A stretch of DNA of 36,868 nucleotides from a virus (Duplodnaviria > Caudoviricetes), in IMG/VR virus record IMGVR_UViG_3300042363_000465, positions 1 to 36,868 of that record; one strand, written 5' to 3'. Below are positions 1 to 9,289 of this stretch, piece after piece (positions within the stretch are counted from its first letter, which is position 1; each line of letters opens with the position of its first letter). The translations under genes were made by a program, and so were the position numbers. Under the pieces are notes generated by a model that worked only from the letters and a program-made list of their open reading frames with translations, was not told where the DNA came from and made no database searches.

Positions 1-926
1 GAGCCCTCATCCAAAAATTCTTCATCCGCTATCAGTTCTTCATCCAAAAATTCTTCATCCGCTATCAGTTCTTCATCCAAAAATTCTTCATCCGCTATCA
101 GTTCTTCATCAAAAAACTCTTCATCTAAAAATTCTTCGTACAGTTCTTCAATATATTCATCATACATCTCATCTTCAAAAACATCATCTAAATTCATATC
201 AATTTCTGACATAAAATTTTCTAAGTATCCAGGACAATCTATACTTGATAATGGATCACCATTACACTGTAATTCTAATAATGCTTCTTGAAATCCAGCA
301 CAAGAAGTTGATGACAATGGATCTTCATAACAAGGATCTATTCCATAATTCAATCTAAAATTAATGTTCCTTACTTCGGGCCCATAAAATCCTGCCCAAC
401 CATTTGTGTCTCTACCTACAAATCCAACTTTCACCTCATCCAAATCATTTATTTGATACGGGTTTGTAAAAGTTTCTGAATAATTGAAGTTTGTCCAATT
501 GAATCTATAATTTAAATCATAGTTGTAGGATTCTACTAAACTATTATTGTTATAAAACTTTGCATACGCTGTTAAGTAATCAAGTTGCCCGTTATCCCAA
601 CCATTACCATTCTTAGCAATAAAGTTAAAGCTAAACCCGTTAACAATAATGCCACTACCAGCAGCACTCAATGCTTGTGCTATATCAACGGGTTGATAAA
701 TGTCAGTTAAGCCATACGAAAAATTAATCAAACTGGGATTATTAAACGCACCTACAGCAGGCAATGGTCCACAGTATCCAGGACCACCAGGAGACCAGCA
801 CGTAAGTTGTTCTCCTACTGATCCAGCGTTTACCCAACCAGTATAGTCAATTAAGTTTGGTGTGTAATCTTGACTGTGAGCCATAGAAGAAACGACTAAC
901 AACACAAGTAATAAAAACTGCTTCAT
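1..926 (-). CDS. Secreted-type phage protein with Cys motifs and an acidic repeat region; runs off the left edge
   Basis: ATG at 926 overlaps the stop of 923..2140 (ATGA). Reads MKQFLLLVLLVVSSMAHSQDYTPNLI...GFVGRDTNGWAGFYGPEV...DPCYEDPLSSTSC...DEEFLDEELIA with no stop before position 1. Not in the ORF track because it is incomplete. Confidence 0.85.
   Translation of the reverse strand, partial: MKQFLLLVLLVVSSMAHSQDYTPNLIDYTGWVNAGSVGEQLTCWSPGGPGYCGPLPAVGAFNNPSLINFSYGLTDIYQPVDIAQALSAAGSGIIVNGFSFNFIAKNGNGWDNGQLDYLTAYAKFYNNNSLVESYNYDLNYRFNWTNFNYSETFTNPYQINDLDEVKVGFVGRDTNGWAGFYGPEVRNINFRLNYGIDPCYEDPLSSTSCAGFQEALLELQCNGDPLSSIDCPGYLENFMSEIDMNLDDVFEDEMYDEYIEELYEEFLDEEFFDEELIADEEFLDEELIADEEFLDEELIADEEFLDEG
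7..110. repeat. 33-bp tandem coding repeat (DEEFLDEELIA on the minus strand)
   Basis: tcatccaaaaattcttcatccgctatcagttct starts at 7, 40 and 73, with a partial copy at 106 that degenerates to ~140. No spacers. Confidence 0.95.
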
Positions 927-2140
927 CTACTTCTCGGCATATTGGGAGTACTGGCTACATCACGATCTCGTCTTTCATTGTATCCAGGCACTTCTTCTCT
1001 GTTCAGTTCCCAAGATATAGAAGCATCGGATCCAATCTTACCTTCATAAGGGCAAGGAGTTCCTGCCATTTTCATAGCAGTCCATACTCGTTCGTCTTGG
1101 CACATTAGTGATACAGCAGCAACACGCATACCCATATCGTAAAGAGTTTTGCTTAGTTTTATTCGTTCACAATTTTCATCTGTAATGCTTTTACCAGTAG
1201 ATAAACCAAATATTTGTGTTTGTACTGCTCCACTGATGCCTGTTGTACACAAGTCTTGTGAGTAACTGCTACCGATACTAGGTGCTATCGCACTAGGAGG
1301 CGGTGAGTTAATTTCTTGTTCAATACGCTGAGTGCTTTCGTTTCTTGTTACGTTTTCATTATAGTTGTTGTTGGTGTTATCTGATACAGTTAAGTTTTGA
1401 TTTGTGTTGGTATTTGTGTTTACACTTGTTTGGTTTATATTATTGTCGCTTGTGCTTACACTTTGATTGACATTTAAATTTTCATTAACGCTATTGCTAG
1501 TGTTAACATTATTAGAGTTACTAGTGACCACACTACTGTTATTATTTGTGTTTACATTGGTGCTTGTATTAACGTTATTATTATTATTGGTAGCAGTGCT
1601 AGTATTGACATTATTATTGGTATTAACGGATGTGCTTGTATTAATATTAGTATTTAAATTTGTATTATCACTGACGCTAACGTTGTTATTATTGTTCGTG
1701 TTAACCGATGTGCTTGTGTTTATATTGTTATTGGTAGCAGTGCTGGTACTGGTGTTTATATTGTTATTGGTGTTTGCACTTACACTATTGTTTGTGTTAT
1801 TATTAGTATTCACAGATGTGTTTGTGTTTACGTTGGTGCTTGTATTAACGTTGTTATTATTATTGGTAGCAGTGCTGGTACTGGTGTTTATATTGGTATT
1901 CAAATTAGTGCTGTCACTAGTGCTAGTGTTTACATTGGTATTCAAATTAGTGCTGTCACTAGTGCTGGTGCTAGTGTTTACATTGGTATTGGTATTATCA
2001 CTAGTAATAACATTGTTGTTTGTGTTATCACTGGTGGTATTTGTGGTAGTGGTACTCGTGGTGTTGATATTTGTAGTATCTTGAGCAAATACTGTAGAGG
2101 TCATCAAAATCATAACAAAAGGGATAAGATTTTTCATCAT
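923..2140 (-). CDS. Signal-peptide protein with a long Asn/Thr/Ser low-complexity region and a Cys-containing C-terminal domain
   Basis: MKNLIPFVMILMTSTVFA|QD signal peptide, ~250 aa N/T/S tract, C-terminal PPPSAIAP...DLC...DENCERIKLSK...MCQD...AGTPCP. Late promoter upstream. Confidence 0.85.
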   Translation of the reverse strand: MMKNLIPFVMILMTSTVFAQDTTNINTTSTTTTNTTSDNTNNNVITSDNTNTNVNTSTSTSDSTNLNTNVNTSTSDSTNLNTNINTSTSTATNNNNNVNTSTNVNTNTSVNTNNNTNNSVSANTNNNINTSTSTATNNNINTSTSVNTNNNNNVSVSDNTNLNTNINTSTSVNTNNNVNTSTATNNNNNVNTSTNVNTNNNSSVVTSNSNNVNTSNSVNENLNVNQSVSTSDNNINQTSVNTNTNTNQNLTVSDNTNNNYNENVTRNESTQRIEQEINSPPPSAIAPSIGSSYSQDLCTTGISGAVQTQIFGLSTGKSITDENCERIKLSKTLYDMGMRVAAVSLMCQDERVWTAMKMAGTPCPYEGKIGSDASISWELNREEVPGYNERRDRDVASTPNMPRSR

Positions 2141-2173
2141 ATTCTCTTGTTGGTACTATGGGAACAGTATGTA

Positions 2174-2181
2174 TATTTATA
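2174..2181 (-). promoter_or_regulatory. T4-type late promoter for 923..2140
   Basis: tatttata on + = TATAAATA on -, 33 nt upstream of the ATG. Confidence 0.7.
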
Positions 2182-2221
2182 AGTAGTTGAATATTAACGA
2201 CATTAAAAGTGAAAATAATGA

Positions 2222-2250
2222 TTGACATCCTCTAAGAATACTTGTATAAT
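2222..2250 (+). promoter_or_regulatory. Consensus sigma70 promoter heading the radical SAM operon
   Basis: TTGACA (2222-2227), 17-nt spacer, TATAAT (2245-2250), with an AT-rich upstream region. Confidence 0.85.
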
Positions 2251-2295
2251 AGACATGTATTGTAAATATTAGTATTATATTAAAGAGAGAACCAT

Positions 2296-2604
2296 ATGTT
2301 TATTGATCTGTCTGCTTTTAACAAGAGTAAAAAAAGAAAGTCTAAGAAAACAAAGGGTCCAGTGTATGCAAAATATACTCCCCCTGAGTTTAAACCTTAT
2401 CGACCAGCTCCCAATCCGTATTATTCAAATACGTCACAATACCCTAGTGTCACTACTACAGGTCCTATCAATACCTCTAAACCTGAACGTAAAGAATATA
2501 CTGGTACTCTTGTAGTCGGAATTGCAACTATGCATAAATCTAATGCTGTACCGATTATAAATCAAGAACAAGCAGAAGAAATTTCAAGGATGCGCCGTGG
2601 ATAA
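2296..2604 (+). CDS. Conserved hypothetical phage protein
   Basis: Basic N-terminus; C-terminal YTGTLVVGIATMHKSNAVPI motif familiar from T4-like phage hypotheticals. Confidence 0.75.
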   Translation: MFIDLSAFNKSKKRKSKKTKGPVYAKYTPPEFKPYRPAPNPYYSNTSQYPSVTTTGPINTSKPERKEYTGTLVVGIATMHKSNAVPIINQEQAEEISRMRRG

Positions 2605-3382
2605 AAGATTCTTAGTTGGAGTTCTAACTACTAGAGATGCTGATAAAACAAAAAGATGTTTGGACTCAATCGACTGTAAAGATGTAGATGTAGTTGTCAT
2701 TGTAAACACTACCGATCCTTTTTATCTAACGAAAGTGGAGGATGTATGTGCTGGGTATACTGTAATTGAAACTTCCTGTAACGGCACTGCCGGTAGAGGT
2801 AAAAATACAGTCTTAGATTATTTTATTCAAAACCGATACAAATATCTACTGCCTATTGACGGAGACGATTACTATACAGAAGGAGCAGTTAAACAGATTG
2901 TCAGATATACTAACTTGTTGGAACCAGAGTTCTCACCTGATATTATTGGACAATTAAATAATCAAATGTCATACAAGGGTGAAAAAACTAATTGGATTGA
3001 TTTTGCAAAAATTATGCCATCTAAAATGCTTGCCGCCAAATCGAAAGCAAATTGGAGAACCCTTAGGCAGTTAAATAAACTTACAGAAGAAGTAATGCCT
3101 TTTAACAGGTTTTTGTTATTATCATCTGTTGCAGCCAATAGTTTTCGGTATAGTGAAACCTTGTTAGCTGCTGATGATTATTTAGCAATGTATGAGTTAT
3201 ATAGTCAACCGTCTCTAAACTATATTTTGCTTAAAGAAAAGAATTTATATTACTACGATTTAGATGAAGGCGGTACACTTCATAAATTTGTAAGCGAAGA
3301 TAATACTGAGAACATGATTTCTTTCTGGCAAAAAATTGCCACATTAGATTTTACATCAAGTAAGACGATAAGTATACAATGA
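2597..3382 (+). CDS. GT-A (family 2-like) glycosyltransferase
   Basis: N-terminal strand-helix with RCLDSI...VVVIVN, G..RGKN..L, and YLLPIDGDDY (DxD motif). GTG start overlaps the upstream stop. Confidence 0.75.
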   Translation: MDKRFLVGVLTTRDADKTKRCLDSIDCKDVDVVVIVNTTDPFYLTKVEDVCAGYTVIETSCNGTAGRGKNTVLDYFIQNRYKYLLPIDGDDYYTEGAVKQIVRYTNLLEPEFSPDIIGQLNNQMSYKGEKTNWIDFAKIMPSKMLAAKSKANWRTLRQLNKLTEEVMPFNRFLLLSSVAANSFRYSETLLAADDYLAMYELYSQPSLNYILLKEKNLYYYDLDEGGTLHKFVSEDNTENMISFWQKIATLDFTSSKTISIQ

Positions 3383-3984
3383 TACCACTTTCTTTAGTAA
3401 GCAAGTGGATGTTCTTTGTAAGAGAAAACCCACAGTATTTAAATAGATTCTCCGATTGTTTTTGGCCTAGTCAAATGATCAGTAAAGCTGCTGCTTTAAA
3501 ATTATTAGACTCTAAAATGCGTTGGACGGGTGAAGATCAACAGGTGTATGTGTTTGGTGGTTGGTATGGAATATTTGCTCAGATAATGCACGAAAGATAT
3601 CAAGGTATAAAAATATTTAATATAGATATAGATTCTTCGTGTGAGTTTGTATTTAATAGTATAAACACTAGTGATCAAATAGTACATATTACTTCAGATA
3701 TGGCAGAGTTTGAGTATACAACAATTCCTGACCTTGTTATTAATACAAGTACCGAACATGTTTCACAGAAAACATATGACACCTGGTGGAACAAGATTCC
3801 TAGCGGCACTATATATTTAATACAAGGCAATAACTTTTTTGAAAGTCATGAACACATTAGATGTTCCAATACAATAGAAGAATTTTTAAAAATGAATCAC
3901 TTAGATGATGCAGAAACAATTGAATGTGGTATGAGACCAGACGGATCTTCTTTTTATAGATTTATGTCGGTGGGAATAAAATGA
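3379..3984 (+). CDS. Class I SAM-dependent methyltransferase-like protein
   Basis: VYVFGGWYG (motif I-like), NIDID acidic strand end, DM, DLVINTSTEH. Confidence 0.65.
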   Translation: MIPLSLVSKWMFFVRENPQYLNRFSDCFWPSQMISKAAALKLLDSKMRWTGEDQQVYVFGGWYGIFAQIMHERYQGIKIFNIDIDSSCEFVFNSINTSDQIVHITSDMAEFEYTTIPDLVINTSTEHVSQKTYDTWWNKIPSGTIYLIQGNNFFESHEHIRCSNTIEEFLKMNHLDDAETIECGMRPDGSSFYRFMSVGIK

Positions 3985-5423
3985 AAAATATTATCTTGAT
4001 TAACAATGTTGATGCAATACAACTATTAGAAAGTAAAAGAGATGAAATAAATCTAATCAGTCCTTCTTTTTGCACAGCAAAGTGGTTACAAACTACCTTA
4101 GTGTTACAAACAGGGTACAATCATTCTTGTCACCATCCATCTCCTCATAAAATTCCTGAAGAAGAAGTTAAAGCAAATCCAGCCGCTTTGCATAATAGCA
4201 AATTTAAAAAAAAACAACGAGCTAAAATGTTAAAGGGTATTCGCCCCGAAGAATGTGGTTACTGTTGGAATATTGAAGATTTAGGTAAAGATTATTTTTC
4301 AGACAGACACACTAAAACCGCTGATTACTGGGCATGGGATAGATTTAATGAAATAGCAGAATCTGATCCTAATGATGATGTGTATCCTGCATATTTAGAA
4401 GTATCGTTCTCAAATGCGTGTAACTTTGCATGTGCGTACTGTTCTCCTGATATTAGTTCTAAGTGGATGAAGGATATTAAAAAGAATGGACCTTATCCGG
4501 TAGAGTTTGGAAGCCATGACTTGTCTCATTTAGAAAAAAGAGAACAATTTCCTTATGAACACGATGAGTACAATCCATATGTTGAAGCGTTTGAAAAATG
4601 GTTTCCAGAAGCATATCCACACTTAAAGGTATTTAGAATCACCGGTGGTGAACCCACAATGTCAAAAGACATGTGGAAAACTCTAGATTATATTATTGCA
4701 AATCCTAGAAAAGATTTAGAAGTATCTATTAATACAAATCTGGGAGTACCCAAAGAATTAGTTGATAAACTTATTAAGTATGCTAAAATTATAGATGAAT
4801 CGTGTAAAGAATGCCAAATTTACACCAGCAATGAATCACACGGCAAACAAGCAGAATATGTCAGAGATGGCATGGACTATGACTATTGGCTTAGGAATCT
4901 TGAAAGGGTTTTAACACAAACTAATTGCAGGGTTGTTGTAATGACCACAATTAATATACTTAGCCTGCCCTCTTTTAACAGATTTATTCAAGATATTATG
5001 GATCTACGTATATTATATAATGAAGACGGCTTTGTTAATCGTATACCCCTGAGTATTAATTATTTAAGGTTTCCACCACACTTACAGGTTACATTATTAA
5101 CTGATAAGTTAAGAGAAAAGTATGCTACTGAAATAGAAAATTATGCAGAAAGCTGGTTAGAAGAAAACGCTAGAAATAACAGAAATCAATGGTATGCTAA
5201 ATTATATTTAGAAGAATACAACCAAATAAAAAGATTTTGCGACTATATGAGAAAGGAGCAAAGTTCTGGAGCAAAGTACAGAAGAAATTTTATACAGTTT
5301 ATAAATGCTTATGATATAAGACGTAAAAAGAATTTTGCAGAAACCTTTCCAGAATATATTGAATTTTATAACGATTGTCGCAGTGAACATCAATCCTATA
5401 TAATGGTAAATCAAATTGACTAA
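3981..5423 (+). CDS. Radical SAM enzyme 1 with N-terminal SPASM/twitch-like Cys domain
   Basis: CNFACAYC (CX3CX2C), TGGEP, N-terminal CTAKW...SCHHP...ECGYCW, C-terminal DIRR..F..TFPE. Confidence 0.92.
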   Translation: MKNIILINNVDAIQLLESKRDEINLISPSFCTAKWLQTTLVLQTGYNHSCHHPSPHKIPEEEVKANPAALHNSKFKKKQRAKMLKGIRPEECGYCWNIEDLGKDYFSDRHTKTADYWAWDRFNEIAESDPNDDVYPAYLEVSFSNACNFACAYCSPDISSKWMKDIKKNGPYPVEFGSHDLSHLEKREQFPYEHDEYNPYVEAFEKWFPEAYPHLKVFRITGGEPTMSKDMWKTLDYIIANPRKDLEVSINTNLGVPKELVDKLIKYAKIIDESCKECQIYTSNESHGKQAEYVRDGMDYDYWLRNLERVLTQTNCRVVVMTTINILSLPSFNRFIQDIMDLRILYNEDGFVNRIPLSINYLRFPPHLQVTLLTDKLREKYATEIENYAESWLEENARNNRNQWYAKLYLEEYNQIKRFCDYMRKEQSSGAKYRRNFIQFINAYDIRRKKNFAETFPEYIEFYNDCRSEHQSYIMVNQID

Positions 5424-6852
5424 TCCTCTAATAGATTACAGAAAAAAAGTACTCGATTCTAAATCTCCTTCTTTCTGCGGGGCTAAATGGTACAATGCTA
5501 CTACTTGGTTGGGTAGTGGTACCACTGCTTCTTGTCATCATCCAACCGCTCACCGTATACCTCTTGAAGAATTAGCAGAAGACTATACTGCATTACATAA
5601 CACAAATCACAAAAAAGCTGCTCGAAAACTTATGCAACTTGGAGAACGACCACTTGAATGTGAATATTGTTGGCGTATGGAAGACATGAAAGTGGAGACT
5701 GTTTCTGATAGAGTTTTTAAATCTCAAATTTATAGTGAAGAAGATTTGCAAAAAGCATATGATATGCATTGGAAAGATTCAGTCAATCTAAAAACATTTG
5801 AAATTGCATTTGATAGAACATGCAACCTTGCTTGCTCTTATTGTAACTCTAGTTTCTCCACTACTTGGGCTAAAGACATTAAAAAGTTTGGTCCGTATCA
5901 GAACTTAGTATCAGACGGTGCGGGAGCATATGAGCAAGATGGTTCTTGGGTTGAACCATATGGTCGTGATGAAGAAAATCCTTATATTACAGCATTTTGG
6001 AAATGGTGGGATAATGGATTGTCTGAAAGCCTAGAAGAGCTTCGTATTACTGGCGGAGAACCTCTTATGTCGGGAAACACTTGGAAACTTTTTGATTGGT
6101 TTGAAAAACAAGAATCTAATATGAGATTTGCTATCAATACTAATCTAATCGCTAAAGATGATATTATTGACAAGCTAATAGAAAAGTCATATAACATTAA
6201 AAACTTTGAACTATATACTAGCGCAGAATGTTACAAAGAACAACAAGAATATTTGCGTGATGGATTTGATTGGGTTGTTTGGCACAACAATATGATGAGA
6301 TTTTTAACAGAAGGAAATTACAGTTCTGTTAATATTATGATGACTATAACTGCACTATCTTTGTTTAGCATCACTGACTTTTTGGACGAAGTATATTCCA
6401 TGAAAAAGTATTCTAAGTCCAAAACTCATCCAGTAGTAAGTCTTAACATATTAAGATTCCCAGCATTTCAGAATTGTTTAACTCTACCAGAAAGCATTAG
6501 ACAAAAGTGTAGAAATGAGTTATACTTGTGGTATCAGAAAAATAAAGATTTACCATATTGGTTAAATTTTGAATTATCTAGTATTGAAAGATTAATAGAA
6601 TATCTTGATACTACAGAATCTCCTCATCGTAAGGCAAGTGGCGCTGAAATTTTATGGAAAGATATGAAGTCCTTCTATACACAATATAACGAAAGAAGAA
6701 ATAAAACTTTAGATTGTTTTCCGAATGAATTTAATGAATGGTTCAATAGTATAGAGATTGAGAATAAACAAACTATATTGAGGTCTGGTGATAACACCGT
6801 TTATGAAAATGATAATGATAGTAAATTAATTAGGATTAAAAATATATTATGA
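5416..6852 (+). CDS. Radical SAM enzyme 2 (same subfamily as 1)
   Basis: CNLACSYC, TGGEP, CGAKW...SCHHP...ECEYCW; TTG start overlapping the upstream stop. Confidence 0.92.
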   Translation: MTNPLIDYRKKVLDSKSPSFCGAKWYNATTWLGSGTTASCHHPTAHRIPLEELAEDYTALHNTNHKKAARKLMQLGERPLECEYCWRMEDMKVETVSDRVFKSQIYSEEDLQKAYDMHWKDSVNLKTFEIAFDRTCNLACSYCNSSFSTTWAKDIKKFGPYQNLVSDGAGAYEQDGSWVEPYGRDEENPYITAFWKWWDNGLSESLEELRITGGEPLMSGNTWKLFDWFEKQESNMRFAINTNLIAKDDIIDKLIEKSYNIKNFELYTSAECYKEQQEYLRDGFDWVVWHNNMMRFLTEGNYSSVNIMMTITALSLFSITDFLDEVYSMKKYSKSKTHPVVSLNILRFPAFQNCLTLPESIRQKCRNELYLWYQKNKDLPYWLNFELSSIERLIEYLDTTESPHRKASGAEILWKDMKSFYTQYNERRNKTLDCFPNEFNEWFNSIEIENKQTILRSGDNTVYENDNDSKLIRIKNIL

Positions 6853-7892
6853 AAAAACACATAGTTTTAACACTTCAAAATCCTTTAAATGAATCTGATT
6901 TGTTAGATATAAAGTTTAATGTTACTGATACTGACATTGGTGATGATTGGTTTCACTGTTGCTCAGAAGCATTAAAAAGCAATTCTCGTTTAGAAAAAAA
7001 CTTTTGTTGGTTAGGCTGGCCTGATCCTAATAGAACAGTATCTTACTTGTCAGAAAAATTGAATGTTTGTGTAGACAGCATTAATGAATTTGCTGATAGT
7101 AATATCAATCTTTGGAGTGGGTATCGAATTAATAAAAATTGGGATGATATTTCTACTGACGATGCTTTGAATCAACTACATCATCACTTTGAAATTTTGA
7201 TGGGACAAGTTTGGGACGTTGCTATCTATATGAAAACTGCAAACGACAAAACATCATATTATATACGGCAATTAAATAATCTTGTGCATGAATTGGCCTC
7301 CAGAAAAACTGCCAATACAATGGGAGGAATGACTATTGCAAGTTATTTGAATCCAGTGCGTAGTTTGTTGATGGATAGTTATTATGATAGCTTTTCATTA
7401 CAAAGAAATTTCGGTGATGTATTTTTACATTATGCACAAACGGGTAAAACTCCAATAGAAGCGTTTGAAGATGATGATGACTATGTATTCAATAACAACA
7501 TCAATGCTCTGAGGTATATGTCAGGTGAGTTTAATATCTGGTGGAGCGGTTCTACAAGTGATGCACAAATAGTGGAAAAAAAGAATGCTCTTCGAAAATG
7601 GTTACACGAAAGAAATGTTATCATGCAGGAGGAAGGTGATTTTTGTTATTATGTTGATTCAGAGGGAAATAAACAGGGTGTTGGTTGGTTAGTTGTTGCT
7701 GAATTGGAAAATCAATTCAAAACCAATCAAGATTTGTCAAAAGAAATCGCTAAAAGATTAAATATATATAAGGTAGAATGTTTTTTGAATAATGAGAGTA
7801 TCTCCTCTAAAACTTGGGATTACAAGTGGACAGATTCTAATTATGAAGAAAATGAAATTGAATTTCTTAGTCCACTATTTCCGAGAGTATAA
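6849..7892 (+). CDS. Hypothetical protein with His/Glu motifs embedded in the radical SAM cluster
   Basis: 347-aa ORF coupled at both ends; LNQLHHHFE...LNNLVHE...HYAQTGKT; no recognised family. Confidence 0.8.
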   Translation: MKKHIVLTLQNPLNESDLLDIKFNVTDTDIGDDWFHCCSEALKSNSRLEKNFCWLGWPDPNRTVSYLSEKLNVCVDSINEFADSNINLWSGYRINKNWDDISTDDALNQLHHHFEILMGQVWDVAIYMKTANDKTSYYIRQLNNLVHELASRKTANTMGGMTIASYLNPVRSLLMDSYYDSFSLQRNFGDVFLHYAQTGKTPIEAFEDDDDYVFNNNINALRYMSGEFNIWWSGSTSDAQIVEKKNALRKWLHERNVIMQEEGDFCYYVDSEGNKQGVGWLVVAELENQFKTNQDLSKEIAKRLNIYKVECFLNNESISSKTWDYKWTDSNYEENEIEFLSPLFPRV

Positions 7893-9289
7893 TGAGTACA
7901 CACACGTATGATGTAATCAATCTTAAAAATATTGCAGATGAACTTAATACCGTTGGTAAAGGTTTTTGCCTTGCTAAATGGTATCATGTTAGTATGCATC
8001 TACATACGGGTCAGAATCATAGTTGTTACCACCCTGCACCTCACAAAATACCTTTGGATTTAGCACAAAAAGATCCAAACGTTCTTCACAATAGTCCGTT
8101 CAAAAAACAAGTGCGTAAAGAGATGCTTGAAGGTAAGCGCCCTGACGAATGTAGTTACTGTTGGAATGTTGAAGACTTAGGTGACGATCAAATATCAGAT
8201 AGAATGTTGAGATCATCCGAACCTTGGGCAACTCCTTTGCTACAGGAAACAAAAGATATCGACTGGAACGCAGATGTATATCCTCGTTACTTAGAATTGA
8301 ACTTTAGCAATCGCTGTCAGTTAAAGTGTAGTTATTGTGCGCCGATGGCAAGTTCTAGTTGGTTACAAGAAACTAAAAAATGGGGTAACTGGCCATTAGA
8401 AAATAGAATCAATGTTAGACAGTATGACAATGATTCATTTGAGAATGAGGGTTCGATATATGGAGAAGAAGATACCAACCCATATATTAAAATATTTTGG
8501 GAGTGGTTTCCTGATGCGTACCCACACTTACACACTCTACGATTTACTGGCGGTGAACCTCTACTAAGTCCTAATGTATTTAAAGTGTTAGATTATGTAG
8601 CAGAACACCCTAAACCAGATTTAGAGTTTGCTGTTAATAGCAACATGATGATTCCTGAAAGAAATATTATTCGATTCATACAAACAGCAAATGATCTTAC
8701 TCGGAATAAAAAGATTCGGGGGTATTCTTTATTTACTAGTATAGATACTTGGGGTAAACAAGCGGAATGGATTCGCAATGGATTAAATATAGAAACATAT
8801 GAAAGCAATCTTCATTATTATATGGAGAATGCTGAATCCAAATACTTTAGCTTTATGGTGACTTTTTGTTTACTTGCTATTCCAAACTTTACTGAGTTTT
8901 TAGACAAAGTGTTAGAATTTAGAAGAAAGTATAATGTTGATAATAGTTATCAGCGAATAAATTTTGATACACCGTATACTGTAGAGCCTCCTCATCTCAC
9001 TGCTCTAATTGCTGATGATTGGATGGTAGAACGTTTAGAATATACTTGTGAATATCTAAAAGAAAGAGTAGATGATAATGATATAAACATGTTCTCAACT
9101 GTAGAGTATATGAAACTAAGACGGGTTCTTGATTGGGTGAAACAGAACAGATATGAAGGTGAAGAACTTGCAATGAATAGGAGAGATTTCGCGGCGTTTG
9201 TTGATGAACATGACAGAAGAAGAGGTGCTGATTTTCACGCTGCCTTTCCCGAACTTAAACCATTTTATGAAATGTGTAAAGACTCGTAA
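7892..9289 (+). CDS. Radical SAM enzyme 3 (same subfamily as 1 and 2)
   Basis: CQLKCSYC, TGGEP, CLAKW...SCYHP...ECSYCW, DRRRG.DF...FPE. Confidence 0.92.
   Translation: MSTHTYDVINLKNIADELNTVGKGFCLAKWYHVSMHLHTGQNHSCYHPAPHKIPLDLAQKDPNVLHNSPFKKQVRKEMLEGKRPDECSYCWNVEDLGDDQISDRMLRSSEPWATPLLQETKDIDWNADVYPRYLELNFSNRCQLKCSYCAPMASSSWLQETKKWGNWPLENRINVRQYDNDSFENEGSIYGEEDTNPYIKIFWEWFPDAYPHLHTLRFTGGEPLLSPNVFKVLDYVAEHPKPDLEFAVNSNMMIPERNIIRFIQTANDLTRNKKIRGYSLFTSIDTWGKQAEWIRNGLNIETYESNLHYYMENAESKYFSFMVTFCLLAIPNFTEFLDKVLEFRRKYNVDNSYQRINFDTPYTVEPPHLTALIADDWMVERLEYTCEYLKERVDDNDINMFSTVEYMKLRRVLDWVKQNRYEGEELAMNRRDFAAFVDEHDRRRGADFHAAFPELKPFYEMCKDS

Noticed and set aside
7-110. 33-bp repeats as a CRISPR array
   Set aside because: The copies are contiguous with no spacers, in frame within a CDS, and no cas genes are present.
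1467-2084. 205-aa Leu/Val-rich plus-strand ORF resembling a membrane protein
   Set aside because: It is the antisense shadow of the AAY/ACN/AGY codons of the Asn/Thr-rich gene, which has the signal peptide and promoter.
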